This document shows positions 9,999-18,906 of a stretch of DNA of 21,454 bases, piece by piece. The translations under genes and the position numbers were made by a program. Each line of letters opens with the position of its first letter. Position 1 is the first letter of the stretch. The notes under the pieces were generated by a model. That model was not told the origin of the DNA, searched no databases, and saw nothing but the letters and a program-made list of their open reading frames with translations. The DNA comes from an uncultured Gemmatimonadota bacterium (lineage in GTDB: Bacteria > SM23-81), in contig CAZOYL010000004.1 of the NCBI GenBank assembly GCA_964584035.1, positions 1-21,454 of the forward strand, written 5' to 3'.

Positions 9999-10004
9999 CT
10001 GGAG

Positions 10005-11246
10005 TCAAGCAGAATCCTCTCCGGCCTTCACCAGGCCTGAAAACAGTTCCAGATAAGCAGCTGCCTCCCGGTCCCGGCTGTATCTCTCCACGACGGTTCG
10101 CCGGGCCGCCCGGCCCAGAGACAGGGCCAGAGAAGGATCGCCCAGCAGCCGGACCAGGGCGCCGTGGAATTGGTCGGGATCGGAGGCCACCAGGCCGTCA
10201 TGTTCGGCCGTGACGATCTCCCCGGGGCCGCCCTGGGGCATGACGATGACGGCCAAAGCGCAGGACATGGCCTCGACCAGGGCGATGGCAAAGGTGTCCC
10301 TGACCGACGGGAACACGAAAATATCCGATGCCTGCAGATATTTCTCGACATGGCGAACCCGGCCGGTGAAACGAACCTTCTCTCCCATTCCCCGTTCCGC
10401 CACCATCTCCCGCAGTTCCCTCTCGCAGTCGTAAGCGGTGCCCTCGGCGCCGGAACCGACTAAAACCAGGCAGGCATCGCCGTGATCGGCCAGGACCCGC
10501 TCCCACACCGCCAGCAACATGGGCAGCCCTTTGTAGGAGACCAGCCGTCCCACATAGGTGACCACCGGCGCGGCGATATCCAGCCCCAGCCGACGACGCA
10601 TTTGGTCCCGTTCCGGCGATGAGACGGGATGAAACCGATTCGTATCCACGCCGTGCGGAATCCGCCGGATACGCCCCGGCCGAATTCCATGCTGGCGATA
10701 TTCGGCCGCCACCTCCGAGGAATTGGCCACAAACACATCGGCCTGCCGGACTACCAGGTTGCGCAGCCGGAGGGCCATCCGAAAGGGCCAAAAGGAAGGG
10801 CTCAACCGCAGCTGTCGAAGGCCGTGATCGAAAATCTCCCCGGACATCTCGCCGTGGACGGCCTCCAGCAGCACGGCGGGTTTTCGCAGCAAACGTCCGG
10901 CAATGACGGCCGGGATCCCCAGCGTTCGAAAGCTGGGCGCATAGATCAGATCATACTGCCGCCGGTACCGGATCAGCCAGCACAGGACCGGCAGGATCAT
11001 CAGCCATTTCTTCAACGCTCCGCCGCCTCGCGGCGGCAGGCGATGGACCGGATGACCCGACACCATGGCCCGCCCTGGCCGGCGGGCATCGAGCCGGCGG
11101 GTGACGATGCGCACGCCCATGCCGTATTCCCTGAGTTTTCCCGCCAGGGTCAGAATGTGCACCTCTACTCCGGCCATGACCGGATAGAACTCTTCCGTCA
11201 GGATAGATACGGTCGTGGTGGGTCGGTCCTTTTGGAACATCGGCAT
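10005..11246 (-). CDS. GT4 (GT-B) glycosyltransferase
   Basis: EFYPVMAGVE, IPHGVDTNRF, YVGRLVSYKG and DIFVFPSVRDTFAIALVEAMSCALAVI motifs. GAGGA RBS before ATG 11246. Confidence 0.92.
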   Translation of the reverse strand: MPMFQKDRPTTTVSILTEEFYPVMAGVEVHILTLAGKLREYGMGVRIVTRRLDARRPGRAMVSGHPVHRLPPRGGGALKKWLMILPVLCWLIRYRRQYDLIYAPSFRTLGIPAVIAGRLLRKPAVLLEAVHGEMSGEIFDHGLRQLRLSPSFWPFRMALRLRNLVVRQADVFVANSSEVAAEYRQHGIRPGRIRRIPHGVDTNRFHPVSSPERDQMRRRLGLDIAAPVVTYVGRLVSYKGLPMLLAVWERVLADHGDACLVLVGSGAEGTAYDCERELREMVAERGMGEKVRFTGRVRHVEKYLQASDIFVFPSVRDTFAIALVEAMSCALAVIVMPQGGPGEIVTAEHDGLVASDPDQFHGALVRLLGDPSLALSLGRAARRTVVERYSRDREAAAYLELFSGLVKAGEDSA

Positions 11247-11297
11247 GCGTCCTCAGGGTACCCGGCTGCTCGCCGCCGCCGGATCCCGGGGAATCGA

Positions 11298-12752
11298 TCA
11301 TCCCCTGGAAAAGATCCGCCGGAGATGCCGGCGGATGATATCCAGCTCATATCGGTCCAGCACCCGCAGGCTTAGCAGCGACAGCACGTAGACCGCCGCG
11401 GAGATGACCAAAGCCGGGACCGCCGGCGCGGTCCCCAGCCGCCACAGCAACAGACTCATCAGCAGCACGGCGACGGCCAGCTTGCCAATCGCGGCCAGGA
11501 TGGCCGGATCCCTCAGAGACCGGCGGACCGACCACCCACAGGTGCCGAAGATCGTCGCCACATATCCCAGGGTGGCTATGGCGGCGCCGGTGATGCCATA
11601 GCGCGGGATCAGAAGGATATCCAGCAATACGGCCATAGCGAATCCCAGGAGCGTGGTGATCAGCATCGTCCGCTGCCGGTCCATGGAATTGAGAAAGGTG
11701 TGCAGGAGCACATTCTGGAAGGACAGAACGATGGCGCACAGCAAAATACTGAGCGCCGGCGCGGCGGCGAGAAATTCATTACCGAACAGCAGCCTCAACA
11801 GATCGCCGGACAGAAAGATGCCCCCAACGGCCAGGGGTAACGCGACGATCATGAGATATTTCGTGCCCCGCGCAAACAGGTCCCGCTGGCGCTCCGGGTC
11901 GCTTTGAAACAGGGTCGAGAGACGCGGATAGAAAACGGCCGCCAGGATGATGGGAATGATCATCAGTCCCTCATAGATCTGAAATCCGGCGTTGTACAGC
12001 CCCACCTCGGCATCGGATCGGGCCAGCGAGAGAATGATTTTATCGACATAGGTATACAGGCCGAAGCACAGAAAGGCCAGCCCGAAGGGCAGCGCCCGGA
12101 CCTGGAAGGTTTTGATGAAATGCACATCGAGGCGGGGAACGATGCGGTCCACCCGGCGGTGAAACAGGATCAGGGCGATGAGAATGGATACCAACCGGAC
12201 CGCCGTGAAAACGACGGCCAGGACGATCACGCTGCCGCTGGTCAGCAGAAAGATGGTCCCGCAGGAGAACAACAGGACCCGATCGGTTATCACCAGTCGG
12301 GCCTCCAGATCGAATCGCTCGTAGGCCCGGAAAAATGCTCTCACGGTGGTGATAAAAGACCGGAAAATGGCCATGGAACCCAGCAGATAGGTGACCATTC
12401 TGATGGTTCCGGAGGATTTCAGGGCGTTGACCGTGATCACCAGAGCGACCATGGCGACGATCGACAAGGCCAGCTTCCAGACGAAGATCTTCCCGAAATA
12501 CTCACCGGCCAGCTGCCGGTCTCGGGCCACCTCTCGGACGGTCAGATCGTCCAGCCCGAAGTCGGTGATGATGGCGAAAATGCTGGCCAGGGAGAGGGCG
12601 AAGGAAAAGACGCCGAAATCGCGCGAGCCGAGATGTCTGCCCGAGAGGATCATGAGAACGAACAGCAGCAGGCCGGCCGAGGTGGTCAGGCCGGAGAAGA
12701 AGGTGTTCCTGACCAAACTGGCGCGCTGATCCCGTCTCCTCTCTTTTTTCAT
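11298..12752 (-). CDS. Wzx/MOP-family polysaccharide flippase
   Basis: LVRNTFFS..GRHLGSRDFGVFSFA..DFGL...VREVARD, YTYVDKIILS..EVGLYNAG, FYPRLS, LLIPRYGITGAAIAT; about 14 hydrophobic segments. Start reassigned to ATG 12752 after GGGAG, because the ORF track start at 12908 overlaps the upstream gene. Confidence 0.93.
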   Translation of the reverse strand: MKKERRRDQRASLVRNTFFSGLTTSAGLLLFVLMILSGRHLGSRDFGVFSFALSLASIFAIITDFGLDDLTVREVARDRQLAGEYFGKIFVWKLALSIVAMVALVITVNALKSSGTIRMVTYLLGSMAIFRSFITTVRAFFRAYERFDLEARLVITDRVLLFSCGTIFLLTSGSVIVLAVVFTAVRLVSILIALILFHRRVDRIVPRLDVHFIKTFQVRALPFGLAFLCFGLYTYVDKIILSLARSDAEVGLYNAGFQIYEGLMIIPIILAAVFYPRLSTLFQSDPERQRDLFARGTKYLMIVALPLAVGGIFLSGDLLRLLFGNEFLAAAPALSILLCAIVLSFQNVLLHTFLNSMDRQRTMLITTLLGFAMAVLLDILLIPRYGITGAAIATLGYVATIFGTCGWSVRRSLRDPAILAAIGKLAVAVLLMSLLLWRLGTAPAVPALVISAAVYVLSLLSLRVLDRYELDIIRRHLRRIFSRG

Positions 12753-12823
12753 CACATCTCCCGGGAAGGGTCCGGTCGAACTCTCACCCGACGGAACCAT
12801 CGAACGATCGGCGGATGGACCGC

Positions 12824-15061
12824 TCAGTGGTCGATCTGATCCCGCTGGAAAACCCCCACGGGCTGAGAGGGTACCGAGAGGATGGATCCGTTCCAGCCCA
12901 GGACCCAATAGAAATAATTACAGGCGGGATCGCCGAGGAGGACCGTGTCATCGATCCAGGCAGTGTCGGTTACCACGGCCAGAGCACTGTCGGGCATCGC
13001 CAGGGGATCGTTAAGGCTGCGATACAGCCGGTAGGCGACGGCCCCGGGCAGGGTCGGCCAATGCAGTCGAATGCCAAGGCCGCCATGGCGCTGTATCCCT
13101 ATGTCGGCCACTCCGAAGGGCCACTCTTCCTGGCCCGCGGTAAGGTCAGGTTCCGGCCAGGTGAAATTTCTGACGGACACATCGTCGAACCAGCCGTGGC
13201 CCTCCAGCTCGACCCTCTCGATGTCCCCGGCATCCAGCACGTCGAGATGTCCCGCCAGCAGGTTATCGACCCATAGCTGGCTGCTGTCCGGCAGCACATT
13301 GATGGAGAACCTGTGCCACCCGGCCGTGCGGGGCACATCGGTGGGTACGCCCTGCCAGCTGCCGGAGACATAGGAGGCATAGGAATAAACGGAGTCGGAA
13401 ACGTCCGTGTAGGTGCCCACTCCGATAATGCGCTGGCTATCGTAGAGCGTCAGCCAGCTATTGCCCTGCTCGGTGGTGTCGAGATCGTCATAGAACCATC
13501 CGCTAAAACCGACCGGCTCGGAGAAGAAGGCATAGATCTCGGAGTGCCCGCCGGTGCCAATGGACAGGCTCAGGGAATCGCCGTGAGCCAGCGTATCACA
13601 GGCACCGGCATCCCCGATCACGCGATCCCATTTATTCACGCCCTGTTCGAAAAATTCCTCCAGCGTGCCCTGGGTGTAACCTACATGCCAGAACTCCTCA
13701 CCGGTACCCCCGTCCGTTCTCCTGGCCGAATACCAGATGCGGTAAACATCATCCTCGACCAGAAAGCTGCTGCGATAGATGAGATCTTCGTCCCAACCCG
13801 AAGAACCGGCCTGCAGCAGGGGCGTGGATGACATCGACCAGACCAGGCCGTCGCTGCTCTGGGCCCAGAACAGCGTAGTAAACACGCAGCTGAGCTCCTC
13901 GGGATAGGCGGCCACCAGCATGACGTACCCGGAATCGACCGGCTGAACGTCCAGATGCCAGGTGACCCACCCGTCCAGTGAGAGCGATACCGTCTCCTCG
14001 GGTCCCCAGTTGAAACCGTCAACGGAGAGACGTCGATGCACGGTGGAGGTATCCGACCAGCAGTTCTCGGTCTTGACGTACCACATGATGAAGGTGCTGT
14101 CCTCGAGTAGCAGGGTCGGCGAGACCAGGTAGTTGGGCGCCTTGAACACCTGGGTCGTATCCGACCAGTTGACGCCATCCTCACTGGAAAAGGTTAAAAC
14201 GCGACTGGTATCATCGCCCCCGGGACCCGCCGCCCAGCAATAATAGGCCCGCAACTGGCCGTCGGCGAAAAGGATATCCGGATCGGAGTTATATCCCCCG
14301 GCAGCTCCCGTCCGCAGGGGGTTGGTCACTCCCGGAGGAACCTGCCAGAGGAGACCGTCATCGCTAACCAGCAACGAGGGATTCTCGTAGTTCTCATTTC
14401 CATCCGGATAGGGTGTCATCATCATGTAATAGTGGTAGGCGTTCGGACTCCCCCAGCTTTCCGGAAAAAAAACCACGTCCGGATGGACCGCCTGGCCGGA
14501 CCCGTCGTAGGTCGGTGTGACCAGGGAATTCGTGGCATTCAGCCGTGTTTCGAAATGCTCGAAGCCGTCCCACAGGAGAAACACGCTGTCGGCCTCCTCG
14601 GCGCTCCCGGCCGCTGCGTTGCCGTAATACAGATAAGCGGTTGTCTGACCGGAGGCCGGAAGAAACGGCATTTTGATCCACAGGCTGCCCCGCTGGAGGC
14701 TGTCGCTCCATTCTTCAACCCAGTAGCTCAGCGGGTCGGCGCCATCACCGTCGGCCGGACGAAGATCATCGCCCCGGTGATGGGCATGGGTGAATTCGAA
14801 GTCCGGCAGGGCCGAATCGGCATTGTCGAAGATCACCCGGACCGGATAGTCGAACAGATCCGGCCCGGAGTTGTTCACCACCAGCTGGCGCCGGAAAGAC
14901 CATCCGGAAAGCCAGTCCTGCTGGGCCCCGGCCGCCGCCGAAAAAACCGACAGCAGCAACAGGGCGGCCATCAGGGCCGGCCAGGCGCCGGGGAGGCCGC
15001 CCGGGAAGAGCGCCTGACTCCCGTTTTCTGCTCGCCACCGGTGGAAAAGCGCTGTGATCAT
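12824..15061 (-). CDS. Secreted DUF2341-like protein with an internal beta-propeller (glycoside hydrolase-like fold) and a C-terminal FN3-like domain
   Basis: Hydrophobic signal-like segment ending AAAGA. DUF2341 pattern WSFRRQL..DYPVRV..GDDLR..LSYWVEEW..WIKMP.LP..YLYYGN. Propeller motifs TPTYDGSGQAVHPDV, ENPSLLVSDDGLLW, SEDGVNW, SVDGFNW and SSDGLVW. ATGA overlap with the upstream stop. Confidence 0.82.
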   Translation of the reverse strand: MITALFHRWRAENGSQALFPGGLPGAWPALMAALLLLSVFSAAAGAQQDWLSGWSFRRQLVVNNSGPDLFDYPVRVIFDNADSALPDFEFTHAHHRGDDLRPADGDGADPLSYWVEEWSDSLQRGSLWIKMPFLPASGQTTAYLYYGNAAAGSAEEADSVFLLWDGFEHFETRLNATNSLVTPTYDGSGQAVHPDVVFFPESWGSPNAYHYYMMMTPYPDGNENYENPSLLVSDDGLLWQVPPGVTNPLRTGAAGGYNSDPDILFADGQLRAYYCWAAGPGGDDTSRVLTFSSEDGVNWSDTTQVFKAPNYLVSPTLLLEDSTFIMWYVKTENCWSDTSTVHRRLSVDGFNWGPEETVSLSLDGWVTWHLDVQPVDSGYVMLVAAYPEELSCVFTTLFWAQSSDGLVWSMSSTPLLQAGSSGWDEDLIYRSSFLVEDDVYRIWYSARRTDGGTGEEFWHVGYTQGTLEEFFEQGVNKWDRVIGDAGACDTLAHGDSLSLSIGTGGHSEIYAFFSEPVGFSGWFYDDLDTTEQGNSWLTLYDSQRIIGVGTYTDVSDSVYSYASYVSGSWQGVPTDVPRTAGWHRFSINVLPDSSQLWVDNLLAGHLDVLDAGDIERVELEGHGWFDDVSVRNFTWPEPDLTAGQEEWPFGVADIGIQRHGGLGIRLHWPTLPGAVAYRLYRSLNDPLAMPDSALAVVTDTAWIDDTVLLGDPACNYFYWVLGWNGSILSVPSQPVGVFQRDQIDH

Positions 15062-16275
15062 GGAATGGCCTTCCCCGGGGACAACAGGCCCCCGTAATCC
15101 AGGGAACGGTTCAGGCGCCGGCGGGCCTTGGTCGACAGAATGCTCGGCAGCGAGCGCCGGCCACGTCCCGGAAGGCGGAGAATATAATCGGCCTTCAAGC
15201 GAACGATCGAAAAGAGGTCATCGCCGGGACGATTGGTCCGGCGATCGGTCCGGATGCTCCAGAAATTGGACACGAACCCGCTCTCTTGAGACAATCGCAC
15301 CGACAGGGCCGAACCTACTCCGTAGGGGTAACAGAGATGCTGCACCCGATGACCGGGCAGGCGATCCTCGATGCACTGGCGGGACCGCTCCAGATCCTCC
15401 CGGATGGCCGCCGTCATCTCCTCCCGGCTCTGGAAATGGGACCGGCCGGCCGGCCGATTCCGGCAGAGATCGGTGAGCTCCTTGCGCCAGGACGGCCGGC
15501 GGAAAAAATCGGCCCCTCCCGATCGGGCGACATGCCGGATACATCGCTCAGCCGTCTCAGGATCATCGATGTATCGGGGCCGGCCGGCCATCAGGGCCTG
15601 GTGCCGGTAGATGGGCATGCCGAACAGCGATTCCGTGTCGCCGGACCGGATGCTTTCCTCCCGTCCCGGGGACATGGGCAGATCATACAGCATCCCGCCC
15701 CGGCCGGGGCGGTAGAAATCCACGATCCGCTCACCGGTGAAGATGTGATGATGGTAACAGGTGTGCGATTGGAACATAACGTTTCCATCCTGGTGCATGC
15801 GTGCCACCTCGGCCCAATTCACCAGCGGATTGCCGGCGGCGTGATCCCCCTGCAGATCGTCCGGCCGGCATCGCCCGGCCCAGAGGTCCTCCAAATTGGG
15901 CCGGCAGGAGGGAGCCTCCCGGACGAAACCCGGGATGAGAAACACGGTCGCCCGCAGGCCGTATTTTTTCAGAAGCGGATAGGCGAAGGTCCATACGCTT
16001 CGCCGGCCGTCATCGATGGTCAACAGCACAGATCGTCCATCGCCCGGCCGAGCTCCCCTGAGAACGTCACAGAATTCATCGCACGATAGGGTGCCGTATC
16101 CATTGGCAACCAGATGATGAAGCTGCTCCTCAAATGACTCCGGCTCGATGGTGTGCGTGGTGAACACGGGGACATCTCCCCCGGACAGTCGGCCGTGCCG
16201 TGAAAGAACGAAGCCCGGATACCGTCTGCCGAGCAGGCAGGCCATCTCCTTGCGTATCTCACTCATATCGATCAT
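15058..16275 (-). CDS. Polysaccharide deacetylase (CE4/NodB-like)
   Basis: FEEQLHHLVANGY, LTIDDG (motif 1), YPLLKKYGLRATVF, QSHTCYH (HxxxH metal motif) and CYPYG. Alternative start at 16266. Confidence 0.9.
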   Translation of the reverse strand: MIDMSEIRKEMACLLGRRYPGFVLSRHGRLSGGDVPVFTTHTIEPESFEEQLHHLVANGYGTLSCDEFCDVLRGARPGDGRSVLLTIDDGRRSVWTFAYPLLKKYGLRATVFLIPGFVREAPSCRPNLEDLWAGRCRPDDLQGDHAAGNPLVNWAEVARMHQDGNVMFQSHTCYHHHIFTGERIVDFYRPGRGGMLYDLPMSPGREESIRSGDTESLFGMPIYRHQALMAGRPRYIDDPETAERCIRHVARSGGADFFRRPSWRKELTDLCRNRPAGRSHFQSREEMTAAIREDLERSRQCIEDRLPGHRVQHLCYPYGVGSALSVRLSQESGFVSNFWSIRTDRRTNRPGDDLFSIVRLKADYILRLPGRGRRSLPSILSTKARRRLNRSLDYGGLLSPGKAIP

Positions 16276-16332
16276 CTTGGACCGTCCCTGGTGACAAGGC
16301 CGAAGCTCATTCCCATCAGGTCGCGCCGGCCG

Positions 16333-17349
16333 TCAGATGAGCCGACAGGCTAATTTCCAATAGAGCCCGAAAAAACAGCTCTGCAGACGCCGGGCCCAGC
16401 GAATATGCCGGTGAGCCATCATCTCCGGCCGGAGATACATCTCGCCGCTGACCACCAGCTGGCGGTCGGAGAGAACCCGATGCGCCTGGATGCGTTTTCG
16501 CTTTCGGAGCACCGCCGCGAGATGTCTATTCAAATCGTTCAGAGCCAGGACGTAATCTTTCAGCCGCCTCCTGAAGGCCAGGAACAACAGGGTGGACAGC
16601 TCGTAGATCAGCAGAGCCGGGGAGCACACCAGCAGGGTTCGCAGACGGTAGAATTTCAGCAGGAAGAACCACCGGTTGCGGATCTGATAGGCAGCCGCCC
16701 AGAGCCCCCGGTTCTTGGCCTGGTGGTATATACGCGCGTCGGGAACGTGCAGACAGCGGTACCCGGCCAGGCGCAGCTGGGTGCAGAAATCATTGTCCTC
16801 CAGCCCGAAGAAGTAGTCCTCATCGTACAGGCCGGTTCGGAGAGCTATGGACCGGTCGATGAGAATGGCGCCCCCTCCCACCGAGCCAGCTTCCACCGGC
16901 CCGGGAACGGGGAGGCGTCGGACGACCACGGCCGCAGTATAGTGGATATAGGTGATGCCGAGCTGAATCCGGTCCCGGCGGTCGTAGTCCATCACCCTGG
17001 GGCCGCAGACGGCCACCTTTTTCTCGGTCGTCATGGACCGGATCAGTCTGGTGACACAATCTGGCGCCAGGACGACATCGTTGTCCAGACAGAACACCAC
17101 AGGAGTCGAGGCGTTTCGAATGATCCAGTTGCGAACCGCGGGCGGGCCGAGGTTATCGGGAAAGGACACCAGCTCGACCTCAGGGAAGCTCCGGCTCAGC
17201 CGCTCGGCGCTATCATCGGTCGATCCATTGTCCACCACCACGACCGTGGCCGGGCCATAATCCTGAGACAGCACGGAGCGAACGCATTCCTCCACCAGGC
17301 GGCCGCCATTGTAGTTCAGTATGCCGATGGTCACGGCCGGGTGGCGCAT
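16333..17349 (-). CDS. GT2 glycosyltransferase (WbbL/rhamnosyltransferase-like subfamily)
   Basis: IGILNYNG, VVVDNGSTDDS, CLDNDV (DxD), YDEDYFFGLEDNDFC, IYH and RNR motifs. Confidence 0.92.
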   Translation of the reverse strand: MRHPAVTIGILNYNGGRLVEECVRSVLSQDYGPATVVVVDNGSTDDSAERLSRSFPEVELVSFPDNLGPPAVRNWIIRNASTPVVFCLDNDVVLAPDCVTRLIRSMTTEKKVAVCGPRVMDYDRRDRIQLGITYIHYTAAVVVRRLPVPGPVEAGSVGGGAILIDRSIALRTGLYDEDYFFGLEDNDFCTQLRLAGYRCLHVPDARIYHQAKNRGLWAAAYQIRNRWFFLLKFYRLRTLLVCSPALLIYELSTLLFLAFRRRLKDYVLALNDLNRHLAAVLRKRKRIQAHRVLSDRQLVVSGEMYLRPEMMAHRHIRWARRLQSCFFGLYWKLACRLI

Positions 17350-18890
17350 GGCCGGCCCCTCCCACCCTGCTCATTTTTTCGAGGCCGCCGACGCCGGGTC
17401 GACCGCCGCTGGCCCAGAACGTAGCGATACAGATGCAGCGTTTTCCGAAGCTGTTCGTTACGGGACGACCTTGGATCCAGGCTGTCGAAAAACTGCTTGA
17501 TGACCACGGTGAACATGGGCCAGCGGAACAGCCGGATCAGGTTTTTTTTCACCACCCAGGAGATCACGGATCGCGGGATGAATTTCAGAGGAAGGAAATT
17601 GAACAGAATATAATAGGGATAGGCTTCCCGATAGAGGCCCTCCTGGGCATGTTTGTAGGAGATATGTCCCCGCCCCTCCTCAATCAGGGCCACATCCTGC
17701 TCCGAGATGAGACCGGCCTCGAGCCCGTGTTTGATGATGTCCGTCTTGGGGTAATAGACCAGCCAGTAAAGAAGGATGTTGTTGGGGCGGATGTCGTTAT
17801 ATAGCTCCGTGGCCAGTCGATGATCTTCCTCCGTCTCGCCCGGCAGGCCGAAGATATGATCCACCGAGAAATAGATCCGGGAGCGTTTCATCAATCTCAG
17901 GCTCCCCTTCATCCGTTCATAGGAGCCCTTTCTATTGAGTATCCTGCGAAGCATCTCCGGATTGGCGCTTTCGACGCCCACCGTCAGGGTGTATGCGCCG
18001 GCCCCCTTGAGCATCTCCAATATCTCCTCGTCCACCACGGCCGGGTGCAGCGAACATCGAAAGGGCAGCCCGATTCGTTCCCGGTATTGCCGGCAGAAAT
18101 CTCTCAGCCATCCCTTGTGAAAGGCGAATAGATCGTCGAAAAATTTGACCGAACGCATGCCCCAGCGGGCCTTGGCCTGAACCAGTTCTTCGATGACATT
18201 CTCGACCGATCTCCGCTGATAGGGTTTGGCCCCGCACTGACGATAGAGATGGGTGTACATGCTCTGCAGGCAATAACTGCAGCTGAACGGGCATCCCCGA
18301 GAAGAGACGATGACATAAGGATCCTTGTAGAAAGGAAGCTGGTCATAGAACAGCTCCTTGTCCGGAAACGGCAACCGATCGAGATCATCGATCCGGGAAA
18401 TGCCCTCACCGGCCGCCACCCGACCGTTCCGCTTAGACCAAATGCCCTTGATATCGAAGGCCTCTTCGCCCCCGTCCAGGGCCTCGACCAGTTTCAACAG
18501 GGCCTGCTCTCCGGGCCCGACACAGACAAAATCGATGAATTCCCTGGCGATAACCCGCTCCGGGACGGCGGTCACATGCGGGCCCCCGAAGATGATCGGC
18601 ATTCCAGGCGTCTTTTCTTTCAACCTTCCGGCGATTCCGAAAGCCCACCGGATGGTGTTGGTGGTGGCCGTGAAAGCGACCAGATCGGGCTCCGTCTCCA
18701 GAATTCGCGAGACCATCTGATCGGCATCCAGGGTCAGATATCGGGTCAGAAAGGTCCGCGACAGAAGGCTGTCCTGCAAAAGCCGGGGATCGAACACCAG
18801 ATCGGTCCGGTGGCCGTTCTGCTTGAGGACGGCGCTCATATATCCAATGCCCAGCATCTCATCGCCGGGACAGACAAAGGTCACTTTCAT
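17331..18890 (-). CDS. Cobalamin-binding radical SAM protein (class B methylase-like)
   Basis: N-terminal B12-binding domain (LGIGYMSAVLKQNGH, PDLVAFT, IIFGGPHVT), then SRGCPFSCSYC (CxxxCxxC), RRSVENVIEEL, FFDDLF, GVES and IFGLPGET. Start reassigned to ATG 18890 after GGAG. Confidence 0.92.
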   Translation of the reverse strand: MKVTFVCPGDEMLGIGYMSAVLKQNGHRTDLVFDPRLLQDSLLSRTFLTRYLTLDADQMVSRILETEPDLVAFTATTNTIRWAFGIAGRLKEKTPGMPIIFGGPHVTAVPERVIAREFIDFVCVGPGEQALLKLVEALDGGEEAFDIKGIWSKRNGRVAAGEGISRIDDLDRLPFPDKELFYDQLPFYKDPYVIVSSRGCPFSCSYCLQSMYTHLYRQCGAKPYQRRSVENVIEELVQAKARWGMRSVKFFDDLFAFHKGWLRDFCRQYRERIGLPFRCSLHPAVVDEEILEMLKGAGAYTLTVGVESANPEMLRRILNRKGSYERMKGSLRLMKRSRIYFSVDHIFGLPGETEEDHRLATELYNDIRPNNILLYWLVYYPKTDIIKHGLEAGLISEQDVALIEEGRGHISYKHAQEGLYREAYPYYILFNFLPLKFIPRSVISWVVKKNLIRLFRWPMFTVVIKQFFDSLDPRSSRNEQLRKTLHLYRYVLGQRRSTRRRRPRKNEQGGRGRPCATRP

Positions 18891-18906
18891 AGGATCTTCT
18901 CCGCTT

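Noticed and set aside
12753..12908. N-terminal extensions in the ORF track for the flippase (also 18891-18941 for the radical SAM gene and 1879-1896 for the GT4)
   Set aside because: They overlap upstream genes and look non-conserved, and downstream starts have better RBS motifs.
16276..16335. GT2 and the deacetylase are in the same frame, separated by one TGA and 19 sense codons (possible readthrough fusion)
   Set aside because: This is expected by chance in GC-rich DNA, both proteins look complete, and no recoding signal is evident.
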